DNA from: Macrostomum lignano | Taxonomy: Eukaryota | Direction of reading: 5' to 3' | Assembly (NCBI GenBank): GCA_002269645.1 | Contig: NIVC01000604.1 | Span: 124,001-188,000 of the forward strand | Length of the DNA stretch: 64,000 nucleotides | Made by a program: the position numbers and the translations under genes | Shown: positions 1 to 12,364 of the stretch, in pieces | How positions within the stretch are numbered: position 1 is the stretch's first letter | Layout: every line of letters begins with the position of its first letter | The notes under the pieces: generated by a model | The model's database searches: none | What the model was told of the DNA's origin: nothing | Seen by the model: only the letters and a program-made list of their open reading frames with translations

Positions 1-1017
1 CTTGTTTATCTCTGTAATTAATAACAAGTTATAAGGTTTTGTTAGATTATGAGTTTAGATTTTTAAATGCTCTAAAAATAGTTCTGCAGATTAGAATTCA
101 GTGGTTTTTAAATCTGTAGGTGTTAATTGCTTAAAAAATAATTACCAAATATAAACAATTCATGTTCAATATCACTACGCACCTTCTTAATTTTTTGTCT
201 TTTAATTTTTTGATGTATTCAAATATTAGTCAATAGTATACTCGTATAGTCAGATAACTCAGTTCATCAAAAATGTATAGTAAGATAAATTGAGTTTGTC
301 AATAGAGTTACTAAATTAGATATTAATAAATTCAGTGGCACCCTAATTTAAGCCATATAGGGAGATATTTGGTCTATTAGAATAATTGTCATAATAAATC
401 ATGCCAAAGCTATTTGTTCTCTTTTAGAATATCCCACTGAATGATAGGCGTGACTTAATTTTATATCTGCCACTACCACCAAGTTGTCAAAGTGGAGATC
501 TTTTTTCTATCCTATAGCTGCCACAGATATTGTCCCAGGATTTTTTAAATTCTACTAATTATGCCACAAAGTTATCTTAGGGTCTTGCTTCATCCTTTTG
601 TTGCTATCAAAAGCTGTTATAGGGCTCTTGGTTGTGATTAAATGCTATAAAGTTGTACTAATTTATTTACTGGTTAAACCTGAATTCTTTGGATTAACTT
701 CTGAATATAAATATTAAAATAAATTTGAATATTTCTCTAATTATAGGCTAAAGTCTAAAAATAAGTCTAGGTATATCTGAGTATTTCTTATTTTTTACTA
801 GTGGCATTTTTACCATCTACTGGTAGCACTCATATATGAATAGCATTCTTATTCATCCTATATTGGTAGCATTCTTATTATTTACCAAGTGCTCTATTAC
901 TAGCCTAGATTTTCTTGCATATGTTTTTAGAATAACTCTAATTATTTTAATTAGTTATCAAGTTATCTAACTCTCCAGTCTTTTAGTGTTACTAAATAAA
1001 AGGGTCCCAGCCATTCT

Positions 1018-1293
1018 TCTATATACTAAAAATGAGTTGTCTCTATCTGTCTATCTATCTGTCTATGATATAATTTAAAAAATGGCTCAACCAAATTTCT
1101 TCCGACTTGCACCATTTGACCAGAAATTTTCCCTATAGTACATGTCTCTTGGCAAAAAAATTCCTAATGTTAAAGGATTTAAATATTCAAAAAACATGCT
1201 TTTTGCAAAGGTCAAGCAGACTTTTAGACTTGAAAATGTCTAGCATTGTAAGAATGCTAGAGAAAATACTAACTGGCTGAATTCTGATTCTGA
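1018..1293 (+). mobile_element. Non-autonomous Helitron-like fragment, copy 1
   Basis: Starts TCTATATACTAAAAATGA, then a (TCTG/TCTA) microsatellite and AAAAATGGCTCAACC; alignable by eye over about 270 bp to 63516-63782. Confidence 0.6.
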
Positions 1294-1857
1294 TAAACTT
1301 TGTCTATTCTGCGGTATCACCTCTCACCTCTGTCCAAGGCTTCAATGACCAGAGAGACTGCGCATCTCATTGCAGGTCTTTGTCCATGTTCTTTGTTTCG
1401 GGCTGTCACCCTGCTTGTCTGGGGCCGTTTCATAGTAATATTTCGACAGAGATAAAACACAACATTGATGAACATAAGAGTAAAATGTAAAAAAAAGAAC
1501 AAGTCAGTGTCAGTTGGTCAACTTGAGCCACCTAACTATCAGTTGCCTGTCCATTAAGGCAGCAAGGGATGTATGTAAACATGGTGAACATGGTCTTGAC
1601 TCCATATTGGTGCGCCAGTTCCACAAAGTCATCCCCAGGATCAGCAGCCATCTACACAAATCACTGTCGAAATAGAATGTAACTTTGTTTCTTTTGAATT
1701 TCCGCAGGCGCTTGAGATTTATTTAAGTTTTTGAATTGAAGTTCTTGTTTCTTTTGAAAAAAACTTTTTTTTAAATAGGAGGTAAAATGGTGTAGTGTCG
1801 CTCGCTATCTTCATGTTCCAAGGCTCATATTGTTGCCGATTTGTAGATTAGAGTGCG

Positions 1858-1860
1858 ATG
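1858..1860 (+). other. Candidate ATG-terminated first coding exon end of VPS26
   Basis: gcgATG|GTGAGA: ATG directly followed by a consensus donor, giving a phase-0 join to the acceptor before 2487 (M-S-F-F). An acceptor-like tttccgcag ends at 1707. Confidence 0.4.
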
Positions 1861-2486
1861 GTGAGATCCATAGATCTTATATTCCCTAGATAGGCCACTT
1901 TGTATGGCATTAATAGGAAAAGTGCGACTGTTGTTTTTTTCATCACTTGTGCGAAAAAGCCGACATGGGTTGCTTATAAATTTGAGTTCGGTAGCTTAGG
2001 GACATTAGCGCTATTTTTTGAGAATTTAACAGAACTTCTCATGAATTAAATAAAAAGCTACTCAATCAAACTAAGAATGATGCATGCACTGCAGAGACTA
2101 CTGACGAAATAGAGTTTAGTAGTTGATTTTTTGCTCTGTCGCAAGTTGCAAAATTTTTTACATTAGCTTCTATGGCCACATAAGTGGCTAATGAGTGGCC
2201 CATCTTGTGTACATATGATCTTACCAAAGACATGAGAAGACTAAGTTAATGCTCCAAGGCTAAAATCTTTGGTCAAAGTTTTGGGGCATAGACCCGGGGC
2301 TGCAGTTGTCTTGAATGTAGCGTTCTGCCTCTTTGGATTTAGTCAAGTGTGTGCCAAGAATTTAATCTTCAGTAAAGAAACATTGGCAATATGACTTTAC
2401 AAGTATGAACTACTGTCAACTGTCAAAACATGCCCCAATTCAGTTGTTATCCTACAGTTTTTTTCAATCATCTCGCCTTCTCCCAG

Positions 2487-4924
2487 AGCTTCTTCGGTTT
2501 TGGCCCCAGTGCTGAGATTGAAATCCTATTGGATGGCAGCGACACCCGTAAAGCGGCGGAGTTGAAGCTCGAGGACGGCAGGAAGGAGCGATTCCCGCTG
2601 TACTACGACGGCGAGACCGTCTCCGGGAAGGTCAACGTAGTGTTGAAAAAGTCCAACGGCAAGCTGGAGCATCAGGGTATTAAAATTGAGTTTATCGGCC
2701 AGATTGGTGAGTGAAGCATCCTGCGAATAACTTCAGGCTTTCATATGCTACGCATGCTACTCACTATTAGTTTATTAGTAGTGCAATAAGAAACGATTTT
2801 GTATTTCTAAACGTATTTATGAGCATTTAAGGGCTTATCCATGCATGCTAGACAATAGAACCAGCTGATCCCCGCCTCCAGACCTGTACTTCGACCGCGG
2901 CAATCGTCACGAGTTTGTCTCCATGGTGCGCGAGCTGGCCAGGCCCGGCATTCTCACGCAGAATGCCAGCTACAATTTTGAGTTCGTCAACGTTGAGAAG
3001 CCATACGAGAGCTATACTGGCAGCAATGTCAAGCTGCGGTGGGTTTTGAATCGTTTTAATCATTTGGTACCTTTTCATCTTGGCTTATAGACGCTAAGTA
3101 AAAAAGCGACAGACAGACAGACAGACAGACGACAGGCAGACAGACGACAGACAGACAGACGACAGACAGGCAGACAGACGACAGACAGACAGACGACAGA
3201 CAGACAGATAGATAGACAGACAGACAAACACTAAGACAGACAGAAAGGGAAATCCTAAGACAGACAGACAGGGAAGCACTTAGACAGATAGACAGACAGA
3301 CAGACAGGGAAGCACTTAGACAGATAGACAGACAGACAGACAGGGAAGCACTTAGACAGATAGACAGACAGACAGACAGGGAAACACTAAGACAGACAGA
3401 CAGACAAACACTCAGACAGGCAGGCAGGTAGACAGAGAGATTTACATAGGCACAAGGGACACATTACATAGGCAGGCAGACGCATATTACATATGCGCAC
3501 AGTCAAAGGCATATACGGCTCACTCCAGGTATTATTTGCGTGTTTCAATGGTGAAGCGGCTGAGCGATCTGGTGAAGGAGCAGGAGATCTGCGTGCACAC
3601 CCTGGCCCAGTATCCGGACCTCAACAGCAGCATCAAGATGGAGGTGGGCATAGAAGACTGTCTGCACATTGAATTCGAATACAACAAGTCCAAGTACCAT
3701 CTAAAGGATGTGATCGTTGGCAAGATCTACTTCCTGCTGGTCCGCATCAAGATCAAGCACATGGAGATCCAGGTGATCAAGCGGGAGATCGCCGGCTCCG
3801 GGCCGAACGCGCTCAACGAGAATGAGACCCTGGCCAAGTTCGAAATCATGGACGGCGCCCCGGTGCGCGGCGAGTCCATCCCCATCCGGCTGTTTCTGAG
3901 CGGCTACGATCTGACGCCAACTATGCGGGACATCAACAAGAAGTTCTCTGTCAAGTACTACCTCAATCTGGTGCTGGTGGACGAGGAGGAGCGGCGCTAC
4001 TTTAAACAGCAGGTTTGAGACCGGCTCTCGCGATGCTGTGGGTTGCTGCTAGCCGGTTCATCTCTGGACATTCAGGAGGGGGGTATTTTGTTCGGGTCAA
4101 CTGAACATAATGAAGAATTTTAATACCAGAGGTCATCCAAGGACAATCTAGGGTCATCTACTAAGGTTTAATATTAGGGTCATCTGAGGACAGTATTAGG
4201 GTCATCTGAGGATAGTATACCATTAGGGTCATTTGAGGACAATATTAGGGTCATCTACTAAGGTTACTATTGGGGTCATCTAAGGATAGTATTAGGGTCA
4301 TTTGCGAACAATATTAAGGTCTTCTACTAAGGTTTCTATTGGGGTCATCCAAGAACAATACTAGGGTCATCTCAGGACAATATTGCAGTTATCGGAAGAC
4401 AATATTCAGGAGAATAAGTGAATTATAAACAGATCTAGGAATGCTATTTGTATAATGATTTTTCATTTCTGGGTCATTCGAGGTCACAATTGAGTCTGGC
4501 ACTTTTGCTGGGCCCATCTGAGGGCACTACAGTCCGACCGCCACCCCCCCCCCCGCTGCCACCAACGCAGGAGGTGACGCTGTTCCGCAAGGCTGACAAA
4601 AAGCGCCGGCCAATCGCGTCGAACATGATCGAACGGGGCATCTTCCACCACAGGACGGCCCAGTTTGGTGGGCCGCAGCCTCCGCCGCAGCAGCCACAGC
4701 AGCAGACTGTGGAAAGTCCCGAGCTCGAGACCGGCTCAACTCACGTGTCGCCTGCGATGCCATCAAAACCAGTCGCCGCCGCGGGACAATCCGAGGAGCC
4801 AGATGATGACGAGGCGGAAGCTGATGACGATGAAGAGGATGAAGATGAGGAACCAGAAGCTGAAGATGAAGATAATGATGGAGACCGTCAAGAGGATCGG
4901 GACAGCAAGAATGGGCAACTGTAG
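2487..4924 (+). CDS. VPS26: Vacuolar protein sorting 26 (retromer subunit), spliced gene
   Basis: Exons 2487-2706, 2882-3038, 3529-4012, 4571-4924 join in frame through GT-AG introns (phases 1, 2, 0). The product reads SFFGFGPSAEIEILL...LEHQGIKIEFIGQIDLYFDRGN...SIKMEVGIEDCLHIEFEYNKSKYHLKDVIVGKIYFLLVRIKIKHME...MDGAPVRGESIPIRLFL...RRYFKQQEVTLFRK, the near-invariant VPS26 sequence. The initiator Met is not in these exons. About 405 aa including Met. Confidence 0.96.
3108..3438. repeat. (GACA)n microsatellite with about 36-bp higher-order units, VPS26 intron
   Basis: GACA/GACG runs, with repeated GGGAAGCACTTAGACAGATA blocks. Confidence 0.9.
4128..4385. repeat. Degenerate about 23-bp tandem repeat, VPS26 last intron
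   Basis: Recurrent ATTAGGGTCATCT...GGACAAT units. Confidence 0.7.
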
Positions 4925-5216
4925 CCATTGTTGGAGCATCGGCGCCCCAGCTGCCAACTTTACTGTTGTCTTTGTTCTCTCCGCTATCAGCATAATACAC
5001 GCACCAATTGTTATTAATATGAACTTCTTGTGTTTGAGAATGCGGATAAGTTTGGAATTTCCCCACACACAGTATTTTTCATGCGGGGAGGAGAGAAGTT
5101 CTGTGATTTCCCTTCACTGCCAAATGCTGCGCCTGGTTTCCATCGGATTTATAACATCCTGGTGTCTGCGCGTAGCTTAACTTGTAGGATATGTACGTAA
5201 CTTGTAATATGTAATG

Positions 5217-6265
5217 AAGGGTCAAGTGACCCCCTGGATTTTATATGTAAGGAAGGGTCCAGTGACCCCCTGGATTTTATATGCAAGGAAGGGTCAAGTG
5301 ACCCCCTAGATTTAATATGCAAGGAAGATTCCAGTGACCCCTAGATTAAATATGTAAGGAAGGGTCAAGTGACCCCCAGATTTAATATGTAAGGAAGGGT
5401 CAAGTGACCCCCTGGATTTAATATGTAAAGAAGGGTCAAGTGACCCCCTAGATTTTATATGTAAGGAAGGGTCAAGTGACCCCCTGGATTTTATATGCAA
5501 GGAAGGGTCAATTGACCCCCAGATGTAATATGTAAGGAAGGGTCAAGTGACCCCCAGATGTGATATGTAAGGAAGGGTCAAGTGACCCCCTGGATTTAAT
5601 ATGTAAAGAAGGGTCAAGTGACCCCTAGATTTAATATGTAAGGAAGGGTCAAGTGACCCCCCAGATTTAATATGCAAGGAAGGGTCAAGTGACCCCCTAG
5701 ATTTAATATGCAAGGAAGATTCCAGTGACCCCTAGATTAAATATGTAAGGAAGGGTCAAGTGACCCCCAGATTTAATATGTAAGGAAGGGTCAAGAGACC
5801 CCCTGGATTTAATCTGTAAAGAAGGGTCAAGTGACCCCCTAGATTTAATATGTAAGGAAGAGTCCAGTGACCCCCCAGATTAAATATGCAAGGAAGAGTC
5901 CAGTGACCCCCAGATTTAATATGTAAAGAAGGGTCAAGTGACCCCCTAGATTTAATATGTAAGGAAGGGTCAAGTGACCCCCCAGATTTAATATGCAAGG
6001 AAGGGTCAAGTGACCCCCTAGATTTAATATGCAAGGAAGAGTCCAGTGACCCCTAGATTAAATATGTAAGGAAGGGTCAAGTGACCCCCTAGATTTAATA
6101 TGCAAGGAAGAGTCCAGTGACCCCTAGATTAAATATGTAAGGAAGGGTCAAGTGACCCCCTGGATTTTATATGTAAGGAAGGGTCAAGTAACCCCTAGAT
6201 TTAATATGCAAGGAAGGGTCAATTGAGCCCCAGATTTAATATGTAAGGAAGGGTCAACTGACTCC
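5217..6265. repeat. 36-bp minisatellite (about 29 copies)
   Basis: Unit GTAAGGAAGGGTCAAGTGACCCCCTAGATTTAATAT with an internal inverted repeat GGGTCA-AG-TGACCC. Confidence 0.95.
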
Positions 6266-6902
6266 CAGCTCTTAGTGTACGAACGGTCGAATAAATTCTG
6301 TATGTGTTTAATTAGCGAGGTCACGGGGATTGTTTGACCTCTAAAATTATCAAAGCCAAGTCGCAGCAATTTTGCCATTCATTCATTCAGATTTCAACAA
6401 GTAGTCAATGGTTGTATTTTACACACTAACTAGGCTAAGATAAATCTATTTGTGATTTGTTTAGACAACATCTCGAACGCAATTCCAGCCGCTGATTCTT
6501 TGGCACCTCCGCTTCGTAATTAGCATTATTATAATTATTCAAGGCTAATTTTCAATTCAATAGCGTGCGATGCTTTTTACTTATTAGTAGGCAGATTAGA
6601 GTTTTGCTATTCTTGTTTGGTTTACAGTATGTCATTATCGCATGTGTGATATATATAGTGACTCCATTAATTTGGTTCTTAGTACCAGAGTGATTTTGCT
6701 TGTGCTGAACAGTTCCTGCGGTCTCACTGGCAGTGCAATATTTTCATTTTGTGTACTTCTGTAGCATGTAGTAATAAAGGGCCGGATATTTACACTTTCA
6801 GAGTACACTCTTAGTTCGTTCTGCTGGTTCCTTCAAGTTTTCACTATTCTACAGATGAAAGTGTGAACCTTTTTATAGATCTTCACCAATGTACAATTGC
6901 CA

Positions 6903-7828
6903 ACACCCATCCAATGTACACTCACCGATCCACCACTCGTACACTCAGAAACCCACCTCATGTACACCCACCAACTGCCACCTCTACAGCAACCCACCTC
7001 ATGTACACCCACCAACATCCACAACATTTACACCCACCAACCCACCCCATGTACAACCACAAACCCACCTCATGTACACCCACCAACCCACCCCATGTAC
7101 ACCCACCAACCCACCCCATGTACACTCACCAACCCACCCCATGTACACTCACCAACCCACCCCATGTACACTCACCAAACCACCCCATGTACACCCACAA
7201 ACCCACCCCATGTACACTCACCAAACCACCACTCGTACACTCAGAAACCCACCCCATGTACACTCACCAACCCACCCCATGTACACTCACCAACCCACCC
7301 CATGTACACCCACAAACCCACCTCATGTACACTCACCAACCCACCCCATGTACACCCACAAACCCACCTCATGTACACTCACCAACCCACCCCATGTACA
7401 CCCACAAACCCACCTCATGTACACCCACCAACCCACCCCATGTACACCCACCAACCCACCCCATGTACACTCACCAACCCACCCCATGTACACTCACCAA
7501 CCCACCCCATGTACACTCACCAAACCACCCCATGTACACCCACAAACCCACCCCATGTACACTCACCAAACCACCACTCGTACACTCAGAAACCCACCCC
7601 ATGTACACTCACCAACCCACCCCATGTACACTCACCAACCCACCCCATGTACACTCACCAACCCACCCCATGTACACTCACCAACCCACCCCATGTACAC
7701 CCACAAACCCACCTCATGTACACCCACAAACCCACCTCATGTACACCCACCAACCCACCCCATGTACACCCACAAACCCACCCCATGTACACCCACAAAC
7801 CCACCTTATGTACACCCACCTACCCATG
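6903..7828. repeat. 23-bp C/A-rich minisatellite (about 40 copies)
   Basis: Unit CATGTACACTCACCAACCCACCC; source of the three overlapping Pro/His/Thr ORFs. Confidence 0.95.
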
Positions 7829-8482
7829 CCATGTGCTGATAGCAACTCACCAGTCAAGTCAAAGGCCCATAAAATTACGGCTCATCAATTTTTAATAACG
7901 AGGTCTCAATTTCACTTTGTTAATTTTACTTACTCTCGATTCCTACTACTCACAGTAAGTGGGTGGCTGCAGTTTTTGTCACAGGAAATTTTACGCAAAT
8001 TCAGTTCGATCGCTGCAATCATGCTGTCACGTGATTTAATTGGATTTTTGTACCTACTATTTTTGCATCAAAATATTTCCAATAGAAAGTCTATCATTTA
8101 GCAATGGCAAGGACTCCGGCAGTGGCAAATCCCTCTGTAATAATCTTCACAGGGCCGATTAGCTGAGCAGATTTCTGCGGTCGATTATTTGTTCCCCGCA
8201 GTTCTGGCAACCGCGGATGGCGGTCAGTCACTCGTATTTTGTGCCTAACAGTAGTGCATGCCGCATGCATGCCAACATGTTTGATTGAATTTCACTGAGA
8301 AATTGTCTTGTTAATTCTTTATTATTCTGTCAATTTACTGTCTGTAATATTTTTCATAATATATTGAATATACGCTCGTAATATCCACTTGATTTTTTGA
8401 CCGATGCAAGCGTATTTGCGTTTCAGAAAACTGGGACAAAAGCCAGGGTTTCGATTCTTTGCAGCGTTGATTTGCGACAATT

Positions 8483-10433
8483 GGGCACCAGGGGGAGGCA
8501 GGGTGCTGGAGGGGGCACCAGAGAGATTCAGGGTGCTGGAGGGGGCACCAGAGAGATTCAGGGTGCTGGAGGAGGCACCAGGGAGAGTCAGGGTGCTGGA
8601 TGGGGCAACAGGGAGATTCAGGGTGCTGGAGGAGGCACCAGGGAGAGTCAGGGTGCTGGATGGGGCAACAGGGAGATTCAGGGTGCTGGAGGAGGCACCA
8701 GGGAGATTCAGGGTGCTGGAGGGGGGCACCAGTGGGAGTCGGGTTCTGGATGGGGCACCAGGGAGAGTCAGGGTGCTGGATGGGGCAACAGGGAGATTCA
8801 GGGTGCTGGAGGGGGCACCAGGGAGAGTCAGGGTGCTGGAGGGGGGCACCAGGGAGAGTCAGGGTGCTGGAGGAGGGCACCAGGGAGAGTCAGGGTGCTG
8901 GAGGGGGGCACTAGTGGGAGTCAGGGTGCTGGAGGGGGGCACCAGGGAGAGTCAGGGTGCTGGAGGGGGCACCAGGGAGAGTCAGGGTGCTGGAGGGGTG
9001 CACCAGTCGGAGTCAGGGTGCTGGAGGAGGCACCAGTGGGAGTCAGGGTGCTGGAGGGGGCACCAGGGAGAGTCAGGGTGCTGGAGGGGGGCACCAGGGA
9101 GAGTCAGGGTGCTGGAGGAGGGCACCAGGGAGAGTCAGGGTGCTGGAGGGGTGCACCAGTCGGAGTCAGGGTGCTGGAGGAGGCACCAGGGAGAGTCAGG
9201 GTGCTGGAGGGGGCACCAGGGAGAGTCAGGGTGCTGGAGGGGGGCACCAGGGAGAGTCAGGGTGCTGGAGGAGGGCACCAGGGAGAGTCAGGGTGCTGGA
9301 TGGGGCAACAGGGAGATTCAGGGTGCTGGAGGAGGCACCAGGGAGAGTCAGGGTGCTGGATGGGGCAACAGGGAGATTCAGGGTGCTGGAGGAGGCACCA
9401 GGGAGATTCAGGGTGCTGGAGGGGGGCACCAGTGGGAGTCGGGTTCTGGATGGGGCACCAGGGAGAGTCAGGGTGCTGGATGGGGCAACAGGGAGATTCA
9501 GGGTGCTGGAGGGGGCACCAGGGAGAGTCAGGGTGCTGGAGGGGGGCACCAGGGAGAGTCAGGGTGCTGGAGGAGGGCACCAGGGAGAGTCAGGGTGCTG
9601 GAGGGGGGCACTAGTGGGAGTCAGGGTGCTGGAGGGGGCACCAGGGAGAGTCAGGGTGCTGGAGGGGGCACCAGGGAGAGTCAGGATGCTGGAGGGGTGC
9701 ACCAGTCGGAGTCAGGGTGCTGGAGGAGGCACCAGTGGGAGTCAGGGTGCTGGAGGGGGCACCAGGGAGAGTCAGGGTGCTGGAGGGGGGCACCAGGGAG
9801 AGTCAGGGTGCTGGAGGAGGGCACCAGGGAGAGTCAGGGTGCTGGAGGGGTGCACCAGTCGGAGTCAGGGTGCTGGAGGAGGCACCAGGGAGAGTCAGGG
9901 TGCTGGAGGGGCACCAGGGAGAGTCAGGGTGCTGGAGGGGGGCACCAGGGAGAGTCAGGGTGCTGGAGGAGGGCACCAGGGAGAGTCAGGGTGCTGGAGG
10001 GGGGCACTAGTGGGAGTCAGGGTGCTGGAGGGGGGCACCAGGGAGAGTCAGGGTGCTGGAGGGGGCACCAGGGAGAGTCAGGGTGCTGGAGGGGTGCACC
10101 AGGGAGAGTCAGGGTGCTGGAGGGGGCACCAGGGAGAGTCAGGGTGCTGGGGGGCACCAGGGAGAGTCGGGGTGCTGGAGGAGGGCACCAGGGAGAGTCG
10201 GGGTGCTGGGGGGCACCAGGGAGAGTCAGGGTGCTGGAGGGGGCACCAGGGAGAGTCAGGGTGCTGGAGGGGGCACCAGGGAGAGTCAGGGTGCTGGAGG
10301 AGGGCACCAGGGAGAGTCAGGGTGCTGGAGGGGTGCACCAATCGGAGTCAGGGTGCTGGAGGGGGGCACCTGTGGTAGTCAGGGTGCTGGAGTGGGGCAC
10401 CAGTGGGAGTCAGGGTGCTGGGGGGCACCAGTG
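8483..10433. repeat. 30-31-bp G-rich minisatellite (about 64 copies)
   Basis: Unit GGGCACCAGGGAGAGTCAGGGTGCTGGAGG; source of many ORFs at 8322-10511. Confidence 0.95.
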
Positions 10434-11362
10434 GAAATACGTTGTGCTACTGAAGACACCACCAGTAAGCAGCAGTTTCTAACCTTGCTGATTTCACCTT
10501 TTCTTTTTTAAACTGTAAGCGCATCAATTCTACTTAAGGTAGCTAAGTGTTTCTACATCTAGAGAAATTGGTAAAGCCAAGAGATAGTTGTCATGAGAAT
10601 CAATCACAAACAACAATAGAGAAGGCAGAGGCAATTCGAGAATGGTATACCTGTAAATAATTTAAAGATCTCCGAGCAGCAATTGCAGAGCAGCTGCGGA
10701 CGAATTTTAAATTCCTCTGGCCAATTACCTTATTGGGCACTCGGTACATGAGAAGTCGTAAAGTCATTTATGGCTGTCATTCCAGACTTTTTGGCAGCAG
10801 CGCAACACGCCATTGCGGGAGCCGGCCAACCCGTGGTGGTGGTGGTGGGGGGTACCATTTTACAGCCCTGAGCTTCCGGCGTGCAGAATTCAGTGCTGCA
10901 GGTTGGCGACACCAGCCTGTCGACTTCTACATGCTGGCTGGCCTACCTGGGCTGGATAATTGCTCGCCGACGTGTCAAAGCTCGCTGCAGGGGGGGGGGA
11001 TATTGCGGGCAGTTTAGGCAGGACACGATGCGAGACCGGAAAACATGGGAGATGCGGCCGACTGCGCCTGTGTGCCGTAAAGGGGTTGCGGGGATATTCT
11101 TCCCACAAATTGGGGCAAATTGTTTTCCTCTGTGGCGCCTCGGCTTGCTGGTAATAAAAATAAAATTGTCTGCGTTGCGTGCGCCTGCGCTGCCTACCTG
11201 GCTTCAAGAAACTCGGAAGGTCGCTTTTGCTAATTGCTAAAAGCTTGCTTGGGCTGGGCTTTGGGGCTGGCATCTTGCTGGCGCCTGGCGCCAACTTTGG
11301 CGCAACCTGAGACAATAGAAATTACCTGGAGATGCCTCTCTATTCCATCTCGGCAGTTTCAT

Positions 11363-12364
11363 GGGGTAGATTCTTTATGGTTAGATAATCTGGGGGTAGA
11401 TTCCTTATGGATCGATAATCTGGGGGTAGATTCCTTATGGATCGATAATCTGGGGGTAGATTCCTTATGGATCGATAATCTGGGGGCAGCTTCTTTATGG
11501 GTAGATAATCTGGGGGTAGATTCCTCATGGGTAGATAATCTGGGGGTAGATTCCTCATGGGTAGATTATCTGGAGGTAGATTCCTTATGGGTAGATAAAC
11601 TGGGGGTAGATAGATTCCTTATGGGTAGATAATCTGGGGGTAGATTCCTCATGGGTAGATAATCTGGGGGTAGATTCCTTATGGATCGATAATCTGGGGG
11701 TAGATTCCTTATGGATCGATAATCTAGGAGTAGATTCCTTATGGGTAGATAATCTGGGGGTAGATTCCTTATGGGTAGATAATCTGGGGGTAGATTCCTT
11801 ATGGGTAGATAATCTGGGAGTAGATCATCGAGAGGTAGATAATGTGGAAGTAGATAATGTGGAGGTAGATAATCAGGAGATAGATAATGTGGAGGTAGAT
11901 AATCAGGAGGTAGATAAGGTGGAGGTAGATAATCAGGAGGTAGATAATCAGGAGGTAGATAAGGTGGAGGTAGATAATCAGGAGGTAGATGATCAGAAGG
12001 TAGATAATCAGGAGGTAGATAATCTGGAGGTAGATAATCAGGAGGTAGATAATCTGGAGGTAGATAATCTGGAGGTAGATAATCAGGAGGTAGATAATCA
12101 GGAGGTAGATAATCTGGAGGTAGATAATCTGGAGGTAGATAATCAGGAGGTAGATAATCTGGAGGTAGATAATCTGGAAGTAGATAATCTGGAGGTAGAT
12201 AATCTGGAGGTAGATAATCTGGAGGTAGATAATCAGGAGGTAGATAATCTGGAGGTAGATAATCTGGAAGTAGATAATCTGGAGGTAGATAATCAGGAGG
12301 TAGATAATCTGGAGGTAGATAATCTGGAGGTAGATAATCTGGAGGTAGATAATCAGGAGGTAGA
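11363..12364. repeat. Compound 30-bp / 15-bp minisatellite
   Basis: 11363-11822 unit TAGATTCCTTATGGGTAGATAATCTGGGGG; 11823-12364 unit TAGATAAT(C)(T/A)GGAGG. Confidence 0.95.

Noticed and set aside
1-1010. Possible decayed LINE endonuclease on the minus strand
   Set aside because: Only vague similarity (VVVADI...) across many stops; the family cannot be supported by eye.
6863-10511. Long ORFs (up to 692 aa) of Pro/His/Thr or Gly/Arg/Glu repeats
   Set aside because: They are open in several frames and on both strands because the minisatellite units lack stops; no splice or homology support.
10730-11315. Short GC-rich ORFs between VPS26 and Cdx (also 12562-13439, 15051-15658)
   Set aside because: Overlapping ORFs on both strands with no recognisable domain or consistent splice structure; more likely regulatory DNA.
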